From Cyanophora paradoxa CCMP329 (lineage: Eukaryota; Plantae; Glaucophyta): a stretch of DNA of 64,000 nt. The DNA lies in contig QPMI01000558.1 in the NCBI GenBank assembly GCA_004431415.1, positions 1 to 64,000 of the forward strand, in the 5' to 3' direction. A program made the translations under genes and the position numbers. The notes under the pieces are model-generated. The model was given only the letters and a program-made list of their open reading frames with translations, ran no database searches and was not told the DNA's origin. Below, piece after piece: positions 21,392-34,472 of this stretch; positions within the stretch are counted from its first letter, which is position 1; every line of letters begins with the position of its first letter.

Positions 21392-24273
21392 ATGACGGCC
21401 TGTGAAGCGACGCGGATTGCCGATGAGGTCGACGAGCAGCAGTCCCTCGAGGCGGAGGAGGTTTCGTCCAGCTCTAGGACCGAATGCTCTGTCGCAAGTG
21501 AAGCCGGCGACAGCAGCGACTTAGTTAGCAGCCCGTCCAGTGGCGACATATCGGCCAACCTAAAGGCCGAGGCGTCGTCCGGCCACCACTCCGACGAAGA
21601 GGAAGAGGGATATGATGAGGACGGAAACCGTGCGCGCCGCGCCCTTCGGCCGCGCCCTTGCCCTTGTTTCGCGCCATTCGCCAACCAGTTCCCGCTCGGC
21701 GTGGCGTCTTCCTGCGCGCAGGGTTCCCCGTGCCCCACACCAAGAGCATGTTTGCTCTTATTCTGAATCCGCGCAACTGGACCCTGCCCGAAATCTGCAC
21801 CGTGAGCCTCATGGCCATTCAGGCGTACCTGGTCTTCTTCTGCAAGCTGCCCCTCTGGGTGCGGCCTCTCTGCCGCCCAATGCGATGTCTTTCGTCAAAT
21901 GACTCGTCGAATGACTCGTCGGTGCTCCGCGCACAGTTCCACATCGCTAACTTCTTCTTCTGGCGGATTGCATACAACATCGGCCTTGGCTGGCTGCTTG
22001 ACCAGCAGTCCAAGAATCGGCTTATCACTAAGAAGGTGGATGAGCTGCTTGCGGAGGACAACCGGCCGCAGGACGAGAAACTCAAGAGCATGTTCGCACG
22101 CATCACGCTTTACCTCGTCATGGGCCGTAGCTATTGGCGCCAGGTGCGCCTTCGCGCTCGGTTGTTATCGCTCTTCGGTCTAGATGCACTCTCCCCCCGC
22201 GCACCGTACCGTGCACTGACCGCAGACTGCGCAGCGCAACCCGTCGAGCGTTACCGCGTGGCTCGCGTTCCGCCACCTCGTGAGCATCATCCTCACGAAC
22301 GACGGCTGGACGTACACCCTGCTGCTCTACCGCTGCCTCGAGCTTCCGAAGTCTTTCGGTTTCAGTGAGGTGCGCTTTAGCATCCCCGCGCGAGGAAAGC
22401 CCGAGCCAAAGGGCCTCCGCAGTTCTGCTGCTACGCGCTCGGTCTCGGCCTCTGCGCCTTCAACTACTGGGCCAAGATGGACGCGCACCGCGTCATCGGG
22501 GACTACGCGTGGTGCGCCGCCGCCGCCGCGTCGCCCGCGCCGCCCCGCCTGCGGGCGCCGACGCGTTGGGGCGGCGGGGCAGGTACTGGGGCGACTTCTT
22601 CTTCCGCGTCGACCGCCACCTCGTCTTCGACGGCATCTTCCAGATGTTCCCGCAGTGCGCCCCGCCCACGCCCCGCCCCGCCCCACGCGGCGCCGCCGGC
22701 CCGGTTCGAGCGGCGGGGCGCGCGCAGCCCGATGTACACGGTCGGGTACAGCGTGTACTACGGCTTCAGCCTGATCGCGCGCTCGTACACGCTGCTCTTC
22801 GTGTCCGTGGGGGCGCACATGCTGCAGCTCATCTTCCTCACGGTCGTCGAGGAGCCGCACATCCAGAAGACCTACGGCGGGCCCGAGCCCGTCGACGGCG
22901 AGCACGTCGAGCTCTTCAAGGCCGGCTTCATCAAGTCCGCCCCGCCCGCCCGCCCCTCGCCGGCCGGTCCCGCCCTCGCTGAGCGAGCGGGCGCGCGCAG
23001 GCCGAAGCGGGAGCCGTTGATGTTCAAGAACCTGGACCTGTTCCGCGCCTCGGACGTCTCGCTCGTCGTCATCGTCGTGCAGGCGCTGCTGCTCTCGCTC
23101 CTCGACTTCCACCCCTACTTCTACGTCGCGTGCGCGCCCCCGCCCGCACCCGCCGGCCCCGCGCCTCGCCTGAGGCCGCCGAGCAGCCAGGCGTTCCTGT
23201 GGCGGCTGGCGCACTGCGTGGGCATGTCGGTGATCCTCTCCAAGGAGGGGAAGAGCCACTGGTGGAGCCGGCACTTCGTCGCGCGCGGCTACACCAAGCA
23301 GGAGGCGTTCGACAACTGGAAGCGCCTCTACAACATCTCGGTGACGGTCAACCACGTCGTCTTCGCCATCGCGGCGTGGAAGATGGCGAGCGCGCCGGAG
23401 GTCTGGACGGCGCGGGCGCTGGCGCGGCAGCTGGCGGGGGCGGTGCTCATCGCGCTGAACCTGTGGGCGTCGCGGGCCTCGTACGAGGTGCTGGGCGACT
23501 TCGGCTGGTTCTACGGGGACTTCTTCGTGGAGGACGCGGAGTACCAGGCGAGCCTGCGCTACACCGGCATCTACCGCTACTTCAACCACCCCGACCTCCT
23601 CATGGGCTTCGTCGCCCTCTACGGCCTCGCCCTCATCGCCCGCTCCCCCGCCGTCTTCGCCCTCGCCGCCTTCGCCCAGCTCGCCCAGTTCGCCTTCATC
23701 AAGGCCGTCGAGCTGTCCGCCCTCTCCCCCGCCCGCCCTCGCCCCGCCCCCTCTGACGGGCGCGCGCGCAGGCCGCACATGCGGCGCCGGTACTCGGAGG
23801 TGCGCGCGAACGGCGGCCTCTCGCGGGAGCTCAAGGCGAAGCTCAGCAAGGCCCTGGACCGGCCCCCGGTCAAGGAGCTGCGCGTCAAGGTCCAGCGGAG
23901 CGTCCAGAGCGAGTTCGAGAGCGTGGCGGGGGAGATCGAGCAGCTGCGCACGCGCCTGCGCACCAAGGTCCGGGCGGTCAAGCAGCGCGGGGAGCGCACG
24001 GCGGAGCGCGTGGCGGAGCTGCGGGCGGCGCTCTCGCGGGCGGACACGGTGTTCAAGCGGGTGCGGTCGGAGAGCCCGCTGCCCAAGGAGGCGGAGGAGC
24101 TGCTGTCGGACGCGTCCCGGATCATCCGGGCGCAGATCGACCGCGTCGAGCGCGCCTCGCGGCGGCTCGTGAGCCACGTGCACACGAGCGTGGAGAAGCG
24201 CATCTTCGAGGAGCGCGCCCTCGCCGCCTCCTCGGCGCCCTCCTCCCCGGCCAAGGCCGTCAAGGCCGAATGA
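21392..24273 (+). CDS. CHO2: Large (Cho2/Pem1-type) phosphatidylethanolamine N-methyltransferase
   Basis: [89 protein letters not shown], second repeat EVLGDFGWFYGDFF...YTGIYRYFNHP. Coiled-coil tail. Confidence 0.92.
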
Positions 24274-25373
24274 CCGGCGCCCCGCCGCCCGCTGTACAGT
24301 CCCCGTTCCCGCTTCGCATTTCCGTTTCTTTAAGCGTGGTTTTTTTTCTTTTCTGTGTTTGGTAGCCAGAAGTAAGTATGCATGCAGTGGATGCGTGCGC
24401 GGCCCCCGAGGCCGCGTCTCATTTACGCGTTCTCACAGAACGTATGTGTTTGGCGTATGTCCGCCAAAGAAGAGAGTCATCAGTAACAATACATCATCAC
24501 GCGTCGTGCTGAGGGCTGAGGGACAGCTTCTAGGGCCTGTCACAGTGTGGGGCCAGCCGCTGAGCTTCTAGGGCCTGTGGGGTCCGCCAGGCTGGGCCGA
24601 CGGTCACTGTGGCAATGCGGCAGGGGCGCCTGAGCTCGAGTCCTAGCTGACTGTCCGACGGTCTCAGTGTAACCGGACCGGATCCCGGACTCCGAGGCCT
24701 GAGGCTCCGGGACCGTTGACATGAACACTCAGGCACTGCGGCACTCCGGATCCCCTGGTCGCCAGGCTGCTCATTGCTGGTCCTCATGGCCGCCGCCGGC
24801 CATCATCATGCCATGATCATCGGATGGCATAATGGCATCTGACTTGAAAGGCTCTTGAAGGTTCTAAGTTCTGAACTCCGAGGCTCGGAAGCTCATGATC
24901 ATGACTCAAGGATGATCAAGGATTATGCTGCCCTCCCCTCGGGCCCCGTGCGGCTAAGCCTCGGAGCCGTGCAGTTCTCACTGTATACATGCTTGTGTGT
25001 GTGCACGTGACAGATCTCAGAGTCTAGTTCCTCAAGCCGAAAACCCGAGCCACCCTCCGAGGCTCGATAGAGGAACTGCGAAAATGAAATCGAGGGCACA
25101 AGGTGGCGTTGAATCGTACACTAACTGGTTCAATTCAATCAAACTCAATCTCTCCTGCATGCCGCTGCAGCTGACCCTAGCCTGGCAGATCTACACTAAA
25201 ATAATAGACAGCGAGTGTGCGCACGACGCTCGGGGGCATTTGAAGGGGGATGCGTTGAAAAAAGAAGCGCGGGCGGGGGCGGGGTGGGGCGCGGGAGGGG
25301 AGGGGGCGAGCTCAGGGCCGGGGACGGGCGGGGCGAAGGAAGGAATTCGAAGGAAAGGGGGGGAGGAGCGGGA

Positions 25374-28300
25374 TCAGTTCTTGCGGGGGGAGAGGGGGGA
25401 GGCGACGCGGGGCGGGGAGAAGCGGAGGGTGACGGCGCCGGCGGGGGAGCGGTGGAGGTAGGAGAGGTTCTGCTGGGCCTCGGCGTAGCCCGGCTGGAGC
25501 TGGACGGCCTTCTCCAGCGCGGCGTAGGCCTTGGCGAGCTCCTTGAGGTTGAAGTAGGCGACGCCGAGCAGGTTGTGCGCCTCGGCGCGCCCCGGCTCCA
25601 GCGCGACCGCCCGCTCCAGCGACGCAGCGGCCTCGGCGTTCTTCCCCGCGTGCAGGTAGAGGGTGCCCAGCGTGAAGTGCGCGTTGGGGTGGGCGGGGCT
25701 GAGGGCGAGGCAGGCCTCGACCTGGCGGATGGCCTCGGCGACGTGCGCCCCGCCGTCCGCCTGGGCGAGCATCTCCCCGAAGGCGAGCCGCAGCGCCGCG
25801 CTCTTCGGGATGCGCTGCACGGCGCCCCGCAGCTGCTCGACGGCGGCCGGGGTGCGCCCCGCGGCGCGAAGGACGCGGGAGAAGGCGACGTGGACGTCCA
25901 CGTCGGTCTCGTTGAGGGCGACGGCGCGGGGGAAGAGGCGCAGCGCGTCGCCCGTGCGGTTCGCGCGGTGGAGGGCGACGGCGAGGTTGTGCGTCGCCAC
26001 GAAGTTGGACGGCTCCGCCTCCACCGCCCGCTCCAGCAGCGCCACGGCGCGCGTCAGGTTCCCCACCCCGAACTCGAGCGAGGCGAGCAGCAGCGCCGCG
26101 TCCGCCGCCCCCGGGGCCGCCGCGACGGCGCGCTCCAGGGCGTCGCGGGCGTCGGCGAGGCGGCCCTCGGCGGCGGCGAGGGCGCCCAGCTCGGCGAGCG
26201 CGGGGGCGTGCGTCGCGTCCAGCTGCAGCGCCTGCTCGAAGTAGTAGCGCGCCGACTCCAGCGCGCTCGCCGCCACCGCCGCCTCGGCCTGGGAGCGGGC
26301 TGCGTCGCCCTGGGCGGCGGCGGCCTGGGCGGCGGCGGCGGCGGCGTCGCGGCGCTTGCGGAAGAGGATGCCGAGGCGGGCGTAGCCCTCGGGGGCGTGC
26401 GGGGCGGCGTGGACGGCGTCGTCGAGGGCGTCGCGCGCGTCGTCGAAGCGGCCCATCGCCTCGTGCAGCGACGCGAGGTTCAGCAGCGTGTCGCGCCCCC
26501 GCGGGCTCAGCCCCAGCGCCACCTGCACGAAGAAGAGTGAGACGGAGGGCGCGATTAGAAGCGAGAGATCCATGCCGTCCATGAGCCGTCCCGGGCCGTC
26601 CCCTCCTCACCTGGTAGAACTCGAGCGCCTCGCCGTGCCGCCCCGCCAGCTGCGACGCCATCCCCATGTTGTTGTACCCCGCCGCGTCCGACCCGCTGCG
26701 CGCGGCGGCGGCGTCAGGGCGGGCGCAAGGAGGGGGGGGGGGGGGGGGGGGGGGGGGAGCGGACTTCAAAGCGATGGCGCGCTTGAAGAGGGAGACGGCG
26801 TCGGCGGCGCGGCCGAGCTGCTGGTAGAGGAGCCCCGCCGCGTTGAGCAGCTCCGCGCGCGGCCCCACCGCCGCCATCACCGCCTCGTACGCCCGCGCCG
26901 CCCGCTCGAGGGAGCCGTTGGCGCGCAGCAGCGCCGCGTGCGTCAGCAGCTCCGTCGCGTTCCCCGCCTCCGGGTGCCCCGCCCGCTCGTAGTGCAGGAG
27001 CGCCCCGTGCGCGTCCCCCCGCTGCGAGCGGGGTGAGGAACGGAGGGAGGGGGGAGGGGGGGAGGGAGGGCGCACGGCGGCGGCGGCGGTGGCGAGGCGC
27101 TCGTGCGCGCGGGCGATCGCGACGGCGGCGGAGGCCGGGGCCGAGGCGGCAGCCGGGGCGGCGGCCCCCGCGGGGAGGTCGGGGCGGGGCCCGGGGCGGC
27201 GACGGCGCGCTGGTAGCACTCGAGGGCCTCGTCGGTGCGGTTGCGCGCCTCGAGCGCCTCGGCGAGCTGCAGCCACGCGGCGCCGTCCTCGGGGCGGGCC
27301 CGGGCGAGCGCCGCCGCGGCGTCGAGGGCGGCCTCGGGCTCGCCGAGGGCGGCGTGGAGCTCGGCGCGCAGCTGCCAGGCCTCCGCGAGGCCGCCGTCCA
27401 CCGCCACCGCCGCCGCCGCCAGCTGCAGCGCCTCCCGCGCGCTGCTCACCCCGCCCCCGCGCCCGCGCTCGCCGCCGCCGCCGCCTCCCCGGCCGCCAGC
27501 CGCGCCAGCCGGTACAGCGCCCCGGCGTGCGCCCCCGCCCCGGGGCTCCCCGCCGCCGCCGCCGCCTCCGTCAGCGCCGCCGCCGCCGCCGCGGGGGCCG
27601 TCCCCGGCGGGCCGCCCGACGGGGCGGGGCGGAGGCGGCGGCGAGGGCGGCGGCGGCGCGGGAGGCAGCGTCGACGGCGGCGCGGTAGAGGGCGCGGGCC
27701 TCGGCGACGGCCTCGGCGCCCCCGGCGGCCTCCGCGAGCATGCCGAGGGCGAGGAGCGGGGCCGGGTCCGCCGCGTCGAGCTGCGCCGCCATCCGCAGGC
27801 ACCAGCGCGCCAGCTCGCGCTGCTGCGCCTCCGCCGCCCCCGCGAGGATGGCCCCCATGCGGAGGAAGGCGGCGGGGATGCGGGGCTCGGCGCGGATGGC
27901 CGCCCGGTAGAGCTCGGCCGCCTCGCCGGGCCGCCCGCGGGCCTCCTCGAGGCGGCCGGCGTAGTAGGCGGCCCAGGCGGCGCCGGGCGTCTCGCGCAGG
28001 GCCGCCTGCAGCTCCTCGAGGGCCGCGGCCGCCTCGCGCGGGCCGAGGGAGCCGAGGAGGGCCCCGTCGTCCCGCCCCTCGGGCTCCTCCTGCCCCCGCC
28101 CCAGCGCCGCCGCCAGCAGGCCCCGGGCCGGCCCCCGCGCCAGCGGCCGCACGCGGAGGGCGTGGCGGTAGAGCCGCCGCGCGTCGTGCGCGTCCCCGCG
28201 CTGGAGCGAGGCGTGCGCGAGGGCCGCCCACGCCTCCGCGCTCCCCTCGTCCAGCTGCGTCGCCACCCGGTACGAGCTCGCCGCCTCCTCCGCCGCAGCT

Positions 28301-31300
28301 GGCGCGCGTGCAGCGCGCCCAGCGTCACGTGGCCGGCGGCGAAGCGGGGCCGGGCCCGCAGGAGATCGCCGAGGAGGCGCAGGGCGGCGGCGTCGTCCCC
28401 GCGGTCAAGCATCGCCCGCGCGGCGGCGTTGGCGAGCTCGGGGCGCTCGGGGCGCAGGGAGGCGGCGCGGTGGAGGTGGAAGACGGCGGCGGGGGCGGAG
28501 GCGTTGAGGCGCCCGTAGGCGGCGCCCAGGGCGGCGTGCGCCTCGGGGCTCTCGGGCTCGGCGGCGAGCCACTGGCGCGCGTAGATGGCCGCGCTGCGCT
28601 CGTCCCCGACGGAGGCGAGGAGGGCGACGAGGCGGGCGAGCACGGGGCCCCGCCCCGGGGCGAGCCGCGCGCTCTCGCGGTAGTGCTCGAGGGCGGCGGC
28701 GAGGGCCTCCGGGGCGCCCTCGGCGGCCCACTCGCCGGCGGGGCCCTGGCGCCCCGCGGCCTGCGCCTCGTGGAGCTCGGCGACGGCGGCGTGGGCGTCG
28801 GCGTCCCCGGGGCTCGTGCGCAGGACCTCGCCGTAGAGCTTCAGGGCGGCCTCAGGGGAGCCCTCCTCCTGGGCCGCCGCCGCCAGCGCCCCCTGCGCCT
28901 GCACACCCGCGCCCGCCGCGTCAGAGGCGGCGGGGGGCGGAACAAGGAGAGGGGGCGGGGCGGACGGAGCGGAGGGCGGCGGCGACGTGGGGGTCGTCGG
29001 GGTGGAGGGCGAGGGCGCGGGCGAGGGCGGAGACGGCGTCGCCCCAGAGCCCGGCCCGCGAGGCGGCGTGCCCCAGCTGCACGAGGGCCTCCCGGTCCCG
29101 CGGCCGCCAGTCCAGCACCCGCCGGTACGCCGCCACCGCCTCCGGGAACGCCCGCGCCTGCCGCAACCGCTTCAATGCATCTGCTTTGAGCGGGGCGGGC
29201 GGGCGGGGAGCGGACGTCGTAGGCGAGGCGGGCGAGGGCGGCGTGCGCTTCGGCGAGGCTCGGCTCCGTCGCCGCCGCCGCCGCGAAGAGCTCCTTCGCC
29301 TCCCCGACCCTGAGGGACGCCGCCCCGTGAGCGAGCCGAGTCTGGGCTGGCTCCCGAAGCGCTGCGTGCGCGCACCGGCCGGAGCGCTCGAGGAGCTCGC
29401 CGAGGTGGAGGTAGCCGCGCGGGGTGAGGGCCCCCTGCCCCCGCCCCGCCGCCGTCTGGTACGAGGCGAGGGCGGCCTGCAGGGCCCCGCGCCGCAGCTC
29501 GACGCGCCCCAGCAGCTCGTGCCCCACGCTCCACTGCGCCGCCGCGTGAGCGCGGAAGGCAAGGGCGCGGGGGGGAGAAGCGGGGACCTCGGGGGAGGCG
29601 GAGACCACGGCGCGGGCGAGGCGGGCGGCCTCGTCGAGGTTGCCCCCCCGCTCGTGCACGGCCAGCAGCGCGTAGTACGCCTCCGCCGCCCGCGGCGTGC
29701 CCCCCGCGATCGCCGCCCGCAGCTGCAGCGCGGCGCGGGGCAGGTCCCCCGCCGCGAGGTACACCTGCCCGAGCTCCTGCTGGACCTCCGCCGCCTCGGG
29801 GCCGGCCGCGGCCCCGGCGCCCGCCGCCGGCTCGGGGAGCAGCGGGGCGAGGGCGTGGAGGGCCTCCTGGAGGGCCTCTCCGTGCCGAAGCGGGCGAGGA
29901 GGCCGGCGAGGGCCACCGCCGCCCGCCGCTCCAGCGCCGCCCCGCAGCTCCCCGCCAGCGCCCGGCACCGGCCCAGCGCCGAGCGGTACGCCCCCGCCGC
30001 CTCCTCGACGCGGCCGGCCTGGGCGGCGAGGGCGCGCCCGAGGGCGAGCTCGGCGGCGGCGGCGGCGGCCGGGGTGGCGGCGGCGGCGAGGGCGGCGCGC
30101 TGGTGCCGCTCGGCCTCGGGGCCTCCCCGCGTCCAGCGCGAGCTCGCCCAGGAACGAGTGCGCCTCGACGAGGCCCGGGGCCGCCTGCAGCGCCGCGTGG
30201 CAGTGCGCCGCCGCCTGCGGGCGGCTCTTCTGCGTCGCGTAGACGAGCCGCGCCAGGTCCAGGTGCGCCTGCGCCAGCGCCGGGTCCAGCCGCAGCGCCT
30301 CCTGCAGGTGCGCCGCCGCCGTCTCCGCCTGCCCCGCCGCCGCGGCGGCAACACCCATGCCGCGGTGGGCGGGGCGTGCGAGGGCGCCTCCCGCCCGTCC
30401 TTGGCGAGCGCCGAGTACGCCTCGTACGCCTCCTGCGGCCGCCCGGCGAGCAGCAGCGCCTCCCGAGCGCGAGCCGGCACGCCGCCGGCGCCGCGCGCGC
30501 CTCGAGGGCCCGGCGCAGGCGCCCGACGGCGAGGTCGAGCTCGCCGGTGGCGGCGAGGATCTTGGCGACCTCGCAGGCGGGGCCGGCCTCGGGCCCCTGC
30601 AGCTGGGCCGCCGCGAGCGCATGCTCCCGCGCCCGCGCCAGGTCGCCCCGCTCCGCGAAGATCTGCGCCAGCTCGAACTGGCCCTGCCCCGCACGTCACG
30701 CCCCGCCGCCCCGCCCCGCCCGCGCCCCGCGCCCCGCCCCGCGTGCCTGAAAGTCTGCCGGCTCGATCTTGAGGGCGACGGCGAGGTGCTCGACGGCCTC
30801 CTCCTTGCGCCCGAGGCGCATGAGCATGTAGGCGAGGCCGCGCCGGGCCCGCGGCTCGGTCGCGTTCAGCGCCACCGCCCTCGAGAAGTGCTCCGCCGAC
30901 TCGTTCGTCCTCCCCTGCGCGCGCCCCGTCAGTGCGAGCCAGCGCGGGGCGGCCCGTCGGGGCGGGAGGGCGGGCCTGCAGGGCGGCCACGCGGCCGAGG
31001 CCGAAGTGCGCCTCGGTCGACGCCGGGGAAGACGTGAGTGCCGCGTGGAACGCCGCCTCGGCCTCATCCAGCCGGTTCAGATCGATGTAGGCGTGCCCGA
31101 GCGCGCACGACTGCGCGGCAGAAATGAGGAGCGCGACGGGGGCGGCAGGAGGGACGGGCCGCGCGCGAGCTAACGGTGCTGGAAAGCTGCGCACCATTTC
31201 GGATGTGGCGACGTTGCGGTGAACGGCGGTCTGCAAAGCGGCAGCGGCGTCCTCCGTCCTGCCCATCTTGTGGAGGGCAGCGGCGAGGCCCGTGAACGCG

Positions 31301-31553
31301 ACGTCTGATCCCTGCGTGAGGACGCATTCTCGGAAGCTTGCCACCGCCTCCTCAAGCCGACCCGCGGAGCTGATGTGGCGGGGACGGAAGCCGTGAGCAC
31401 AGGCGGGGCGTCCAGGCCGGTGCGATCTCAGAGAAAAGCAAGAAATACTCACAGGAGCCCGCTTGCGGAGTGCACATCGCAGCCAGCCGATTGGACGCAG
31501 ACGAGGGCGATTGCGAGCACCGCCAGCTGGCCCAGCCAGCGCGGAACTCTCAT
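25374..31553 (-). CDS. Very large TPR-repeat protein with signal peptide
   Basis: N-terminus MRVPRWLGQLAVLAIALVCVQSA. Dozens of TPR motifs (e.g. AHFTLGTLYLHAGKNAEAAASLERAVALEP, AHNLLGVAYFNLKELAKAYAALEKAVQLQP). Internal exon structure is uncertain. Confidence 0.85.
26732..26757. repeat. Poly-G homopolymer (about 26 nt) in a TPR-gene intron
   Basis: Directly visible run. Confidence 0.9.
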
Positions 31554-32042
31554 GGCGCTGGCTATCTGATTCGTTTTCTTTGCATCCCAGCTGCCTCTTC
31601 TGCCTCAGGGCCTGGCTATCTTGTGCTGCTTCTCGGGCTGCGTACCCCTTCCAGCTGGACTTCAAAATGCGACAAGCCCGCCGCGATCAAATTCACTGCG
31701 GCACACTAACCGGTATAGCTACTAGGCTATGCCTAGCAAACAGCACGCTGAGCACTAAATGGAAGCTTAAGAAATTTAGCCTCACCGAACTGCACATGTC
31801 ACACTAGTACTGCACAAAGAAAAGTCTAGATCTGTCGCCAATTTCAACTGCACATGCACTGATAGCGAAGCTGAAGCTAAGCTAAACGTACAATAAACTA
31901 AACTGTCTCAACGAGATGCGTGTACGTCGGCCGAGGGACGGCGCGACGGATTGAAATGGGAAAGAACGAGCTCGAGCTCGAGTGTGCACTCGTATGAAGG
32001 ATAATGAGCCGTGCTGGCGGCGCTCGCGCTCGTGCGCTTGAT

Positions 32043-33463
32043 TCAAACGTGCGCGAGAGCGGTGCCGCCAGAGGCGGGGCTCATGACGTGATGGCCCGAC
32101 GACGTCGACGTCCGCGATCGCGAGGGCCCCGCGGCCGCGCCGGCCATCGCACCGGTACCCGCCCTCGAATTCGCGTCCGAGCGTCGTACGCTTGCGAGAA
32201 GCCTGCAGGAGGGGGGGTCAGGCGCCGCACTCGAGCTCCCTGGGGCCGGCAGCAGGCGATGGCGCCGCGGCGCACCAGGGGTAGACGTCGGAGCCGGCCG
32301 CGTAGGCTCGCTCGCCCGCGCTCGGCATCCCCAGCTCGCAGGAGCTGACTCGCACGTCCCCGAACCCCGCCCTGCACGGGCCCCCGGGGCGCGCGGGTCA
32401 GCAGCCGACAGATCTAGACACGCGCGCGGCCGCGGCCGCGGGCACGCACGATTCCAGGGCGCGGCGCACAGCCTCCGCCTTCTGCGCCTTGTCCCGCTCG
32501 TTCGTGGCGACGATATACCTGGTTTCGGACGAGCGCGTGATCATGAGCCGTGGCAGGCTCCTAGGCCGCCGGAGCAGCGGAGCGGGCGCATGCACTGACC
32601 AGACGGGGCATTGCTCGGGGTGGGAGGAAGGGAGATTGCCGGGCTTCACCGCGAGGGCCATCGGCACGGCGTCCGAGACGGCGCAGACGGCCGCGAAGAA
32701 GTTGGGATGGCTTCGCGCGCGCCCGGCCGCGGGGTGAGGGACTTGAAAATTCAGGCGGCTGGCCGCGGGCCAGAGGGCACGCGCACTCGAGAGCGAGCTG
32801 GAGCGCATGTGCCGCCCCGGCTCCGACGCCCGTCACGTAGATGCGACTCTCGTCAACCTGCGGCGGGATCAAATTCTGCGAAAAAGACCGCGCGCCAGCA
32901 GCAGCGCGCGGGGCCGGTGCCGGGCCGGGGATCGAGCATGCGCACTGCGCGCGGCACCTTTTTGTCGCTCCCGGCTATGTCCCGCTGGAACGCTTGCAGG
33001 AAGGGGACCACGCCGCTGCAGTCATCCCGCGAGTACAGCTTGTACGAAGGCGTGAGCTGCAGGCGCGAGTTTGAATTCTCGACCAGCGCTAACTATAGCT
33101 GCAGGGCCGGCGCCCGGCGGGGTGGAGGGGGCGCGCGGGGGAGGCGCGGGCGCGGACCACGCAGAAAGGCCACGGATCAAAGGGCATGGCGGGGAGCTCG
33201 ATGAACGAGGGGAGCGCCCGGGGTGCGAGGACGGCGATGTCCGGGAGCGCCGCGTCCTCTCGCGCGTCCTCCAGGAAGAGGAGGACGGGGTGCGGCCCGG
33301 GCCCCGTCGGCGTGAATACAAGGCTCGTGATGCCGGCGTACATTCCCTGCCGACAGGCTTGTCATTCAGGCGAGAGAGCGCGCACGCGAGCGCGTCAATT
33401 GCAACTGACGTGAAACTGACGAAATCCCGGGCGCAGCTCCAGCACCTCGATTTGCGGCGGCAT
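32043..33463 (-). CDS. Alpha/beta-hydrolase-fold protein (COG4099/esterase-like), apparently lacking the catalytic triad
   Basis: PHPVLLFLEDARE, VDESRIYVTGVGAGAAHALQLAL, HPNFFAAVCAVS, CPVWYIVATNE, AY...VYPWLL. The layout matches the family but GxSxG reads GVGAG. Confidence 0.7.
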
Positions 33464-34472
33464 CAATGCCAGCTGAAAGGCTGATCAAAGCATATGCGCA
33501 TGCGTAGGACGTCCTAGCGATCGGGGAAGAAGCAAGAAGCCGCGGCCGGCGAGTCGCACCGCGGCCGCAGCCGTGATTTGCAATGGCGAGGTACACGTTG
33601 CGCCGGCGAGGCTGGCAGAAACAGGATTGAAAAGCTGATGGGAGCCGCTATCTGGCTCCCGACTCTCGAGTCCCGACTCCCGAGCACGCGCTCGCCACGA
33701 GCACGGAATTGCAATTGCAACTGTGCAATTGCAACCTCGCAAGCTAGCGACTTTCCAGCACCGCAGCTGCGCGGATCAAGAAGGATGGACAAGCTAAGGC
33801 AGCTGCGCGTACGCGGCGCCGGCAAGGCTGCTGCCCGTGATGCAAGCCCTTAGCTTCACAGCACCCTCGCGGAAACCAAGATCAGATTGCGTACCCCTGT
33901 GGTACCAGGTACTGCTTGCAAATGGCGCGACGTGCAGACCCCGCAGCTGCGCATGCGCATGCAGCCGGCGCAATACGCGCATTCGTATGTACATCATTGG
34001 CACATGCATATATACGCCCCTCACCGGATTCAGCGCGCCCGGATCCTCGCCGGCGGCCCTAGCCGACAGCAGCGCGCGTAATTACGTAACCGCCAGCCCG
34101 CGCCCGTCATCGCGAACGCCCGCGAGCCCGCGAGAGAGCGCGCGTCATCTAATGCATGCAGCTTTTCGCGCGCCAATGTCTGCGTCGCGCCTGCCCGGCT
34201 GCAGTGCCCTCGAAATCCGAGCGCGCGCCGGCCGCCACGCGGATGCGCCGATGTCTGCCACACCAGCCCCTTCACTCGCGGTCCGGGTGCCAGGTTGTGC
34301 CAGCTCGCCCCCACACCTTGGCACTCTTTTGACACAACCAAACTTCTGAAACCGCAGCTGCGCTCCAGTGGCAGCTCACTAGCACAGCCTGGCAGCCGCC
34401 CCAGTTTTTGAGCGATCAACCAGCCGAGACCGACGCGGAAGACGCAGGCCTCGGAGCGCGAGCGCGAGAGGG

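Noticed and set aside
31690-32000. AT-richer spacer with ACTGCACA three times and AAGCT repeats as a possible transposon end
   Set aside because: No terminal inverted repeats, target duplication or transposase; consistent with promoter or UTR micro-duplications.
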